Below, one piece after another: positions 6,887 through 14,771 of a DNA stretch of 18,478 bases. Source of the stretch: a candidate division FCPU426 bacterium. GTDB taxonomy: Bacteria > Oederibacteriota > JAAXVQ01 > JAUVAV01. Position 1 is the stretch's first letter; each line of letters starts with the position of its first letter. The stretch covers positions 1 through 18,478 of the forward strand of contig DAOWGI010000116.1 of assembly GCA_030637655.1 (NCBI GenBank). The letters are read 5' to 3'. The position numbers were made by a program, and so were the translations under genes. The notes under the pieces are model-generated. The model had not been told where the DNA came from. It searched no databases and worked only from the letters and a program-made list of their open reading frames with translations.

Positions 6887-6967
6887 TTTCTCAAAGCAAG
6901 CCGGGGTTCGGTTATTTAATAAATACTTCACTGCGGATAATATCAATTGGTTCAAGGATGGATACGT

Positions 6968-7417
6968 ATGCCTATTCAAATTAGAAATGAATATAAGGCC
7001 ATACGCGTTAATCAAAAAGCGGTTATGGTATTATTGGAAAAATGCTTGCGAAAAATGAAAATGGCCAAAGCTGAAATCTCAGTCCTGCTCACAAGCGATA
7101 AAACTGTTCAATCCTTGAATAGGGCACATCGCGGAAAAAATCAATCAACGGATATTCTTTCCTTTGGTATGCGTGAACAAAAAAAAACCAACGAACCTTT
7201 GCCTCCACATCCGGAAGTGTTAGGAGATTTAGTGGTTTCGTTGCCGACCATAAAAAAACAGGCCGGCACTCGTGGTGTTTCTGTACAAACGGAATTGCAG
7301 TTTATTTTAATTCATGGTTTCTTGCATCTGCTTGGTTATGATCATGCCACTCAGACGCAACAATTGCGCATGGAAGCCTTACATTCCAGCTTGTTGGCAA
7401 CATGTCAGAAGAAATGA
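6968..7417 (+). CDS. ybeY: rRNA maturation endoribonuclease YbeY
   Basis: LNRAHRGKNQSTDILSF, LGDLVVS and the zinc motif HGFLHLLGYDH; ATG 6968 follows AAGGATGGA. Confidence 0.95.
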   Translation: MPIQIRNEYKAIRVNQKAVMVLLEKCLRKMKMAKAEISVLLTSDKTVQSLNRAHRGKNQSTDILSFGMREQKKTNEPLPPHPEVLGDLVVSLPTIKKQAGTRGVSVQTELQFILIHGFLHLLGYDHATQTQQLRMEALHSSLLATCQKK

Positions 7418-7423
7418 GGAATT

Positions 7424-8725
7424 GTGGACGTACTGATACTGAATGACACAATTATTCTGGTAATACTCTTCTTTTTTTCCGGTTTTTTTTCTGCCAGTGA
7501 GACAGCCTTGATGGGTCTGGGACGCAGCCGTTTGGCTCATGCCATTGAAAAGGGAGGCGCCCAAGGGCGTGCTTTGGAGTGCTGGAAAAATGATCCCAAC
7601 AAATTATTAACCACCATTTTGATTATGAATAATATGGTAAATATTACTGCTACCACAGTCGCTGCGTTTTTGGCTGTGCATATTTCAGAGATTTTGCAGT
7701 ACAGTCGTGGTCAGATGGGAGCTCTGGTTGCTGCTGTTGTGACAGTAGTGATTATTATTTTCGGTGAAGTTACACCAAAAGTATTGGCCATTCACAAATC
7801 GGAAAAAATCGCACTGCTGGTTATCCGTCCCCTGGTGTTGCTGGCCAAAATTCTGCACCCCTTAAGCCGTTTTCTGGTTTTTATTGCCAGTATATTTTTA
7901 CGTCCTTTTGGGCTCAAACCCGGAAGTTCGATACCCATGGTGACCGAAGAGGAGATACACGCTCTGATCAAAATAGGCGCGGATGAAGGAGTGCTGGAAG
8001 ATCAAGAACACCAAATGATTCATGGTGTTATTAGTTTGGGTGAGACCCAGGTACGCGAAGTAATGGTTCCCAGAACAGAGATGGAATGCGTTAATGCTGA
8101 TCACAGTATGGATCGGATCATTAATCAAATTGTACAAGCCGGGTATTCGCGTATGCCGGTATATAAGGGTAGTGTGGATAATCTTGTGGGTGTGGTCTAT
8201 TCCAAAGATGTTATTTCAGTCCTGCAAAACAAGGAACTGATTGTATTGCAGGATATTTTACGTATCCCCTATTTTGTGCCTGAGACCAAAAAGGTCGATG
8301 AATTATTGCACGAATTTCAGCGCGGGAAACTGCATTTGGCGGTTGTGGTCGATGAATATGGCGGAACCTCAGGCTTGGTTACCCTGGAAGACTTGATTGA
8401 GGAAATCGTCGGGGAAATTCGTGATGAGTACGATGTGGAAGAAAAAAACATTGAGAAAACCGAAGATAAAACCTGGTTGGTTAATGCCCAAACCGATATA
8501 AAAGAAATTAACGATGTTCTGGAAATAGAGCTCCCGGATATGAAAGATTTAAATACCATCGGTGGTTTTGTGATAAATTTATTGGGCCACCTGCCGAAAA
8601 AGGGCGAACAAATCATTCATCAAAATCTTCATTTCACTATTATAGCTGCCAGTAGCCACAAAATCGATAAAATTCAAATCCGCATGTTAGATAAACCAAT
8701 AGACACCCCTGCTGCTGAAGCATGA
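7424..8725 (+). CDS. CNNM/HlyC-CorC family transporter (DUF21 + CBS pair + CorC domain)
   Basis: SGFFSASETAL, IFGEVTPK, VREVMVPRT, GYSRMPVY, PYFVPETK, AVVVDEYGGTSGLVTLEDLIEEIVGEIRDEYD; GTG start after GAGGA. Confidence 0.93.
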   Translation: MDVLILNDTIILVILFFFSGFFSASETALMGLGRSRLAHAIEKGGAQGRALECWKNDPNKLLTTILIMNNMVNITATTVAAFLAVHISEILQYSRGQMGALVAAVVTVVIIIFGEVTPKVLAIHKSEKIALLVIRPLVLLAKILHPLSRFLVFIASIFLRPFGLKPGSSIPMVTEEEIHALIKIGADEGVLEDQEHQMIHGVISLGETQVREVMVPRTEMECVNADHSMDRIINQIVQAGYSRMPVYKGSVDNLVGVVYSKDVISVLQNKELIVLQDILRIPYFVPETKKVDELLHEFQRGKLHLAVVVDEYGGTSGLVTLEDLIEEIVGEIRDEYDVEEKNIEKTEDKTWLVNAQTDIKEINDVLEIELPDMKDLNTIGGFVINLLGHLPKKGEQIIHQNLHFTIIAASSHKIDKIQIRMLDKPIDTPAAEA

Positions 8726-9402
8726 TGTTGGTGTGGGAAAATCTGGCCTGGGCAGTATGTGCCCGGCAAGAATCGCACTTGTTTTGCCTTGGGGAGTACA
8801 CCCTGGCTTTTTGCGCTCGGTGCACTGCTTGGTACGGCGGTATGGGAATTTCCTTCCTATTGCTTATCGTATTCAAGCGTTTGCGACACAGTAGTCTGCC
8901 TTCCGGGATTGTCACCAGCTGGAGCATTGTATGGCTGCTGCTGCTGGGCTTGGATGCTATTACTGATTTGCTGGGATGGCGCGCCGCTACGCCGGGAACC
9001 CGGATTATTACAGGATTTATGGCCGGTACGGGCATTCCCCTGCTGTTGCTGCCGGTTGCCGCCTCTTTCAGAGATAAACATTATCCGCAACCTGTGATTC
9101 GTATCCCGGAAGCTATTCTGTGGTGGGGTGTGGTACTGTTGCATGGAATAGGCTTGCTCTTGGCAAATAAGACAGCAGGGCTGTGGGCCTTTATTTTATC
9201 GAGCTATTTCACTCTCTGCTCGTTATTGGGACTGGGTTTTTTGATGTATACGGTAAGTCGTATGTTGCTCCATCTGACAGCCAATAAGACCTTACTCAGT
9301 TCACGTATTGGTACTTGGATATTCTCTTTCATTATGCTGAGCGTATTGTGGACACTCCATTCAGTAGTGTCACATATTCTTGGGCGTTTTGTGGAAAGAT
9401 AA
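8722..9402 (+). CDS. DUF2085-like integral membrane protein
   Basis: N-terminal C...LAFCARCTAWYGG, LDAITDLLG and RIITGFMAG motifs; several hydrophobic segments; ATGA overlap with the upstream stop codon. Confidence 0.7.
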   Translation: MMLVWENLAWAVCARQESHLFCLGEYTLAFCARCTAWYGGMGISFLLLIVFKRLRHSSLPSGIVTSWSIVWLLLLGLDAITDLLGWRAATPGTRIITGFMAGTGIPLLLLPVAASFRDKHYPQPVIRIPEAILWWGVVLLHGIGLLLANKTAGLWAFILSSYFTLCSLLGLGFLMYTVSRMLLHLTANKTLLSSRIGTWIFSFIMLSVLWTLHSVVSHILGRFVER

Positions 9403-9417
9403 AAAAACTGATTTTTT

Positions 9418-9631
9418 GTAACTACTCAGGTGGGTAAAAAAAGTATTCAAATGTTCACGCCTGGCAGGTCACTTTGGTCTTTTTTCAAGCATTGCAAAGC
9501 GGAAAACCAAGGTCCAGGCTGATAACGGGCAATAAGGGGATATGCTTTTCTAAACCACATCTTCGCAGTTACCGCTGCTACGCTTGAAAAAAGACCAAAG
9601 CGCCCTGTTCCTTGCAGACCTGAGTAGTTAC
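9418..9631. mobile_element. 214-bp MITE-like cassette C with IS66-type ends
   Basis: Perfect 14-bp inverted repeats GTAACTACTCAGGT(9418-9431)/ACCTGAGTAGTTAC(9618-9631); perfect 8-bp direct repeat GATTTTTT(9410-9417 and 9632-9639); internal perfect 19-bp inverted repeat 9472-9490/9582-9600. Confidence 0.85.
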
Positions 9632-9661
9632 GATTTTTTTCCATTAAATTATAGTTTTATA

Positions 9662-9697
9662 TTGACTTTCGAAAAGATCAATGATAACTTGTATAAT
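9662..9697 (+). promoter_or_regulatory. sigma70-type promoter for the Yip1-like gene
   Basis: TTGACT(9662-9667), 17 nt, TAACTT(9685-9690) with an upstream TG; a TATAAT also lies at 9692-9697. Confidence 0.5.
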
Positions 9698-9743
9698 AAT
9701 ATGTTAATAAAATTTACACTATATAGAAAATAGGGGGTAGACA

Positions 9744-10268
9744 ATGGCAGGCTTTCTTCGTAATTACTATGACACAGGTAAAAAGGTACTGCTAAAACCG
9801 GTTGAATTCTTTAGAGAAATGCCAACCACCGGTGGGTACAAGGATCCATTGATTTTCGCCATTATTACGGCAGTTATCATGGGCGTTGGTTTAACGGCTA
9901 TTACCTTGGGTGTTGGTTTTTTAGCAATTCTTTTTGCGCCTATCGCTGTTGCAATCAGTATTTTCTTGGCAGCTCTGTTGCTGTTAGTCTGTGCCAAAAT
10001 AGTGGGTGGAACCGGCACTTATGAAGCAACCTTGAGGGTTGCCGCGTATGCCAATATTGTCAATATCATTGGTTGGATTCCAATTGTTTCGGTTTTGGGC
10101 TCCATTTATGGTTTGGTTCTGACCATAATCGGCATGAAAGAAATCCACAGCCTGTCCACGGTTAAAGCCATCATTGCTGTTGGTATTGCTATTGCAATTG
10201 TTTTCATTATAGTTGTGTTGTTGGCCATCATCGGGATCGGCATCACCGGTTACGTTCCTGCCGGTTAA
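9744..10268 (+). CDS. Yip1-family membrane protein
   Basis: VLLKPVEFFREM, GGTGTYEATLRVAAY, WIPIV, IYGLVLTIIGMKEIHSLSTVKAI; about 5 TM segments; RBS AGGGGG. Confidence 0.85.
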   Translation: MAGFLRNYYDTGKKVLLKPVEFFREMPTTGGYKDPLIFAIITAVIMGVGLTAITLGVGFLAILFAPIAVAISIFLAALLLLVCAKIVGGTGTYEATLRVAAYANIVNIIGWIPIVSVLGSIYGLVLTIIGMKEIHSLSTVKAIIAVGIAIAIVFIIVVLLAIIGIGITGYVPAG

Positions 10269-10303
10269 TTGAACACACGTTATTGAATTACAGTTATCAG
10301 TTC

Positions 10304-10343
10304 GGGGAACCACGTTCTTGTCTTGGCAGGGGCGTGGTTCTTC
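10304..10343 (+). other. 18-bp RNA hairpin with six G-U pairs and a CUUG loop; possible terminator or stabiliser
   Basis: 10304-10321 pairs with 10326-10343 without mismatch only on the + strand; weak U tail. Confidence 0.6.
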
Positions 10344-10359
10344 CATATTGAGGTAAGCC

Positions 10360-10731
10360 ATGGTACCCCGTAAAAGCAAATCTAAGCCGGCATCAGAGCC
10401 TGCCCGAGAACCGCGTCGTATTTCTAAACGAAAAAAATCAGAGCCTGATATAGAGTCAGGTGCGTTCCATCCGGAAAAACCTGCTTTGCAGGCACCACAG
10501 GGATGGTTAAAATGTTTGGGTTATCTCTGTTCGTTATTTCCTCCCGGGGGGTTTGCTTTGGGGGTTGTTTACTATTCACAGCTTGATCCCAAGGCCAAGT
10601 GCTTTGGTCAAAATTGTATGATCACAGCCGGCTTAGGTCTGATTGCACTCTGCTTCTGTTGGGGCATCTTAGGCCTGGTAAAAGCCCTTGGCAATGCGGA
10701 AACCACCGGGCTGGTAGGCGGATATTTTTAG
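10360..10731 (+). CDS. small hypothetical membrane protein (basic disordered N-terminus, about 2 TM, Cys-rich)
   Basis: RBS GAGGT; fills the gap before recO; hydrophobic segments LGYLCSLFPPGGFALGVVYY and ITAGLGLIALCFCWGILGLV. Confidence 0.7.
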   Translation: MVPRKSKSKPASEPAREPRRISKRKKSEPDIESGAFHPEKPALQAPQGWLKCLGYLCSLFPPGGFALGVVYYSQLDPKAKCFGQNCMITAGLGLIALCFCWGILGLVKALGNAETTGLVGGYF

Positions 10732-10740
10732 GAGTTACCA

Positions 10741-11484
10741 GTGCCATCCTATCGCTCCTTAGTTGTTATTTTACGTTCCTACGATTATTCAGAAGCTGAC
10801 CGTATACTCGTTGTTTTTTCAGAAAAATATGGCAAATTCCGGGCAGTTGCCAAAGGGGTGCGGAAAATCCGTAGTCGCTTGGCCGGCTGCACAGCTTTGT
10901 TGTCGCAGGCAGAACTCCAGTTTTATGGAAAACCACACCAGGAACTTTATTTAATTACTCAAGGCCAATTGGTAACAGCCTATCCCAACCTAAAAGCGGA
11001 TCTCTCCCTCCTGGGTCAGGCAGCCAGGATGAGTGAATTGGTGGATCGAATGACTACGGATCACCAGTCCTTGCCGGAGATTTTTAAATTGTTGCTGTCC
11101 GGTCTGGAACTTTTGGAAAAAGGAAGATCATCTGTTTTAGCTGGGATTTGGTTTGAAATAATACTTTTGGATTATATGGGATATCGCCCAACTCTGACGC
11201 ATTGTTTATACTGTAAAAAGGACGCGGATCATATGGCCTATGTGCCCGAACAGGGTGGCGTAGTATGCCAATCGTGCGGTTCGCACAGTCTTTTGCGTAT
11301 ATCCAAGGGTGCACGCGTTTTGCTGAAAAAACTGCGTTCTCTGGAAGCGCAAAAAATAGACCGAATTCGCCTGCACCCTGCGCAAGAGCAGGAAATGAAA
11401 ACAGTATTGAATTCCGCTTTTCAGTACCAACTGGGAAGGAATTTAAATTCTGAAAAATTTCAAAAAGCCGTAGCCAAAGTATGA
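10741..11484 (+). CDS. recO: DNA repair protein RecO
   Basis: [34 protein letters not shown]; zinc finger CLYC...CQSC; GTG start after AGGAG. Confidence 0.95.
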   Translation: MPSYRSLVVILRSYDYSEADRILVVFSEKYGKFRAVAKGVRKIRSRLAGCTALLSQAELQFYGKPHQELYLITQGQLVTAYPNLKADLSLLGQAARMSELVDRMTTDHQSLPEIFKLLLSGLELLEKGRSSVLAGIWFEIILLDYMGYRPTLTHCLYCKKDADHMAYVPEQGGVVCQSCGSHSLLRISKGARVLLKKLRSLEAQKIDRIRLHPAQEQEMKTVLNSAFQYQLGRNLNSEKFQKAVAKV

Positions 11485-11509
11485 TCCGGAAGCAAAGGGA
11501 GTCAAATGT

Positions 11510-12400
11510 ATGACGTTTCAAGATATTATTCAAAAATTACAAGCGTTTTGGGCCCAGCGTGGTTGTCTGATTGTCCAACCGTATGATTTGGAAAAAGGCG
11601 CCGCCACTTTTAATCCAGCCACATTTTTGCGTGTTTTGGGCCCGGAACCATGGGCTTCAGCCAACATTGAACCATGCCGGCGTCCCAAAGACGGCCGTTT
11701 TGGTGATAATCCCAACCGGACACAGCATTATTATCAGTTTCAGGTAGTCATCAAGCCAACTCCTAAAAATATTCAAGACCTCTATCGGGAGAGTCTGAAA
11801 GAAATTGGTTTGGATATTGCTGCGCATGATGTGCGCTTCACAGAGGATGATTGGGAATCACCTACCTTAGGTGCAGGTGGTTTGGGTTGGCAGGTGTGGT
11901 TGGATGGCTTGGAAATCACCCAGTTTACGTATTTTCAACAGATGGGATCCATTGATCTGAATCCCGTGACTGTGGAAATTACCTATGGTTTGGAACGCAT
12001 TGCCATGTTTTTACAGGGCGTTAAGTCCATGTTTGATATCACCTGGGGAGAAATCAACGGTCAGAGCATAAGTTATGGAGAACTTTTTCATGACAATGAG
12101 GTACAGTGGTCCAAATATAATTTTAAGGCTTCGGATGCCGAATACTTGTTTGCGGCCTTCAATAGCGCGGAAAAAGAGACGCGGCGTCTTATTGATGTAA
12201 ATTTGGTCTTGCCGGCCTATGATCAGTTGGTGAAGAGTTCTCATCTTTTCAATCTGCTTGATGCCCGCGGCTCAATCTCAGTGACTGAACGGGTCGGGTA
12301 TGTTACGCGACTGCGGAATTTGGCCAAATTGGTGGCCCAAGGACATATTCAAAGGCGCGAGGAATTGGGATTTCCGTTAAAAAAGGATTATACGGGATGA
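11510..12400 (+). CDS. glyQ: glycine--tRNA ligase alpha subunit
   Basis: [80 protein letters not shown]. Confidence 0.98.
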   Translation: MTFQDIIQKLQAFWAQRGCLIVQPYDLEKGAATFNPATFLRVLGPEPWASANIEPCRRPKDGRFGDNPNRTQHYYQFQVVIKPTPKNIQDLYRESLKEIGLDIAAHDVRFTEDDWESPTLGAGGLGWQVWLDGLEITQFTYFQQMGSIDLNPVTVEITYGLERIAMFLQGVKSMFDITWGEINGQSISYGELFHDNEVQWSKYNFKASDAEYLFAAFNSAEKETRRLIDVNLVLPAYDQLVKSSHLFNLLDARGSISVTERVGYVTRLRNLAKLVAQGHIQRREELGFPLKKDYTG

Positions 12401-12422
12401 AATCAAATAAAAAATAATATGT

Positions 12423-12447
12423 GTAGGGGCGAACCTGGTGTTCGCCC
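12423..12447. repeat. GTAG-type REP between glyQ and glyS
   Basis: GTAG followed by GGGCGAAC(12427-12434)-CTGGT-GTTCGCCC(12440-12447). Confidence 0.75.
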
Positions 12448-12470
12448 GATCAATACCTAAGGATATCATT

Positions 12471-14606
12471 ATGTCAAATTCGAAAGAAAAACGCGCAGAT
12501 GCTTTATTCGAAATCGGTTGTGAGGAATTGCCTCCAGGATATTTTCAATCTGAAAATTTCGAAGAATTGCCAGGCAGAATCGATGGTTGCCTGGTTGCGT
12601 ATCGATTGAAAGAAGCCAAAGACATAAATCGTAAGTTTGAAGTATTGGGCACTCCCAGAAGGATAGTTTTCAAAATTCTTGATCTTGTTACACAACAACC
12701 TGCAACCACCAAAGAATTATTTGGGCCAAAAAAATTGATTGCTTATAATGCAGCCGGCTCGCTCACCAAAGCAGGACTTGGATTCATTCGAAAAGCCGGG
12801 GTAACTCCTGAGGAAGTTCAAATAAAAGATGAAAAATTATTTGTATTGAAGGAAGAACCAGGGAAACCCACAATTGATCTTCTGCCAAAGATGTTTATGC
12901 ATTTGTATGAAAGAATTCAGTTTACCAAGACAATGCGTTGGGAAGCGACAAATACACGATTTGCGCGTCCTATTCGTTGGATTGTGGCTTTGTTTGGTGA
13001 TAAAGTTGTTGATCTTGAAATAGCGGGTGTTCGTTCAGGACGTGTTACCTGTTTGCATCCTTTAAACGAGCCAAATCAAATAGAAGTAAAAAATTTAAAT
13101 GATTATGAAGCAAAAGTACAAGCAGGAAAAGTTGTTTTGTCTTCCAGAAATAGGGGAGAACGCATTAGAACTTTGTTGGATAATGCCGCCAAGGAGTTAC
13201 AAGGACAACGTTTGTTAGATGGAGATAGTCAATTATTGGTTCAGCAAGTATCCAACCTGGTTGAATATCCGCAAATTTTGGTTGGGAAAATAGATGAAAA
13301 GTTTATGAGTTTGCCGTCTGAGGTGCTCGTGACGGCAATGCGGGAACACCAACAATATTTCGCAATACATGATAGTAAGAATGATTTGATGCCTTATTTT
13401 CTGACTGTGTACGATAATCCATTATCCGATGGAACAGCCATGAAATCGGGATTTGAAAATGTCCTGGTCGCCCGTTTGCAGGACGCGCAATTTTTCTATG
13501 CCGAAGATGTCAAACATTCATTGGCTGAGCGTGTGCCTGAGTTGGATCGGGTACGCTGGGTCAGGGGTCTGGGAAGTCTGCTGGATAAAACTAAACGCTT
13601 GGAATTTTTGGGTGTCTGGTTTGCTCAAGCATTGGATCCGGCAGCCAGGCAGGACACAGTGGCTGCCGCCCGGTTGGCCAAAACAGATTTGATTACCAAT
13701 ATGGTTCAGGAAAAAGAATTCACATCTTTACAGGGTATTATGGGTAGTATTTATGCACAAGCTCAGGGACTGCCGGAATCTGTAGTCAAAGCCATGGCTG
13801 AGCAGTATTTACCGCGTTGGGCAGGTGACAAGTTGCCGGAAACACCAACCGGTCGACTATTGTCTTTGGCGGACAAATTTGACCATATCATCGGATGCTG
13901 GGGAGCAGGATTTGCTCCGACCGGCGCTAAAGATCCGTATGCCTTGCGTCGGGCCGTACAAGGGGTTATCGCAATTACCCTGGATGCAGGTTATCGCTAT
14001 TCCTTGCCGGCTGTCTTGGAACAGTGCCTAAGCCAATTTGAGACCTTGCGTGAAAAAGCGGATACCATCATTTCCGAGGTCATCGGCTTTATCCAAGGAC
14101 GGATGGAAACCGAACTGGCCAATCGTGAGATTGCGCCTGATCTCAGCCAGGCGGTACTGGGTGTATGGTGGAACGATATCTCGGCAGTGGTGCAAAAGGC
14201 CGAAGCCATTCACCAATTGCGATCAAATCAAGGATTTAATGCGAGTATTGTCACCTTCTCCCGAGTAGTAAACATTCTACCCAAAGGGACCCCACGACAG
14301 GTTGCACCTGAGGAACAGGATTTGCCCATGCGGCAGGATTTACTCACGCAGCCGGCGGAAAAGGAATTGTATGCGGCTTATCAGGAGATTGGGCAGACTA
14401 TTGCTGATCTATCGCAAAAAGGAGATTTTATTACGTCTTTTAAAACCCTGGGGCAGTTGAAAACCAGTGTGGATCAGTTTTTTGATGATGTCCTGGTAAT
14501 GGACAAAAATGAGGAAATTCGAGAAAATCGCCTAAATTTATTGACAAATCTGGCACGCAAGATCTGGTCTTTGGCTGATTTTTCCAAGCTTGTTGTATCC
14601 GAATAA
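12471..14606 (+). CDS. glyS: glycine--tRNA ligase beta subunit
   Basis: LFEIGCEELP, TPRRI, MRW...FARPIRWIVALF, LVEYP, ARLQDAQFFY, LQGIMG, EQYLPR, PTGAKDPYALRR, FFDDVLVM...ENRL. ATG 12471 follows AAGGA. Confidence 0.96.
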   Translation: MSNSKEKRADALFEIGCEELPPGYFQSENFEELPGRIDGCLVAYRLKEAKDINRKFEVLGTPRRIVFKILDLVTQQPATTKELFGPKKLIAYNAAGSLTKAGLGFIRKAGVTPEEVQIKDEKLFVLKEEPGKPTIDLLPKMFMHLYERIQFTKTMRWEATNTRFARPIRWIVALFGDKVVDLEIAGVRSGRVTCLHPLNEPNQIEVKNLNDYEAKVQAGKVVLSSRNRGERIRTLLDNAAKELQGQRLLDGDSQLLVQQVSNLVEYPQILVGKIDEKFMSLPSEVLVTAMREHQQYFAIHDSKNDLMPYFLTVYDNPLSDGTAMKSGFENVLVARLQDAQFFYAEDVKHSLAERVPELDRVRWVRGLGSLLDKTKRLEFLGVWFAQALDPAARQDTVAAARLAKTDLITNMVQEKEFTSLQGIMGSIYAQAQGLPESVVKAMAEQYLPRWAGDKLPETPTGRLLSLADKFDHIIGCWGAGFAPTGAKDPYALRRAVQGVIAITLDAGYRYSLPAVLEQCLSQFETLREKADTIISEVIGFIQGRMETELANREIAPDLSQAVLGVWWNDISAVVQKAEAIHQLRSNQGFNASIVTFSRVVNILPKGTPRQVAPEEQDLPMRQDLLTQPAEKELYAAYQEIGQTIADLSQKGDFITSFKTLGQLKTSVDQFFDDVLVMDKNEEIRENRLNLLTNLARKIWSLADFSKLVVSE

Positions 14607-14631
14607 AGAATTTATAATGTCTTAATAAAAA

Positions 14632-14661
14632 GTAGGGGCTTAGGCTAAGCCGTGCCCCTAC
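14632..14661. repeat. GTAG-type REP palindrome between glyS and ppdK
   Basis: GTAGGGGC(14632-14639)...GCCCCTAC(14654-14661), with inner GGC/GCC. Confidence 0.75.
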
Positions 14662-14672
14662 AAATATATTCC

Positions 14673-14718
14673 TTGCGAATACTATACCGAGTGTGTTAAA
14701 ATCGCGCAAAATTTGCGC
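14673..14718 (+). promoter_or_regulatory. ppdK promoter with an overlapping palindromic operator candidate
   Basis: TTGCGA(14673-14678), 18 nt, extended -10 TGtTAAAAT(14694-14702); palindrome GCGCAAA-A-TTTGCGC(14704-14718). Confidence 0.45.
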
Positions 14719-14771
14719 TTTTTTATTCATTTAAAAGCATTAAATCTAAAAAGGAAGGGGTATTACTAAGG

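Noticed and set aside
6754-6984. 76-aa ORF in the LysM-ybeY spacer
   Set aside because: TTG start, no recognisable motif, overlaps both the structured segment and the ybeY start.
9416-9633. Integron attC interpretation of the AAC...GTT palindromic cassettes
   Set aside because: At 214-229 bp the intact units are longer than typical attC sites, the RYYYAAC/GTTRRRY match is poor, no integrase is present, and 8-bp duplications fit DDE transposition better.
9447-9644. 65-aa minus-strand ORF in cassette C
   Set aside because: It starts outside the element and crosses the target duplication; no RBS or transposase motif.
12438-12470. GTG start for glyS
   Set aside because: It lies within the REP hairpin; ATG 12471 has an RBS.
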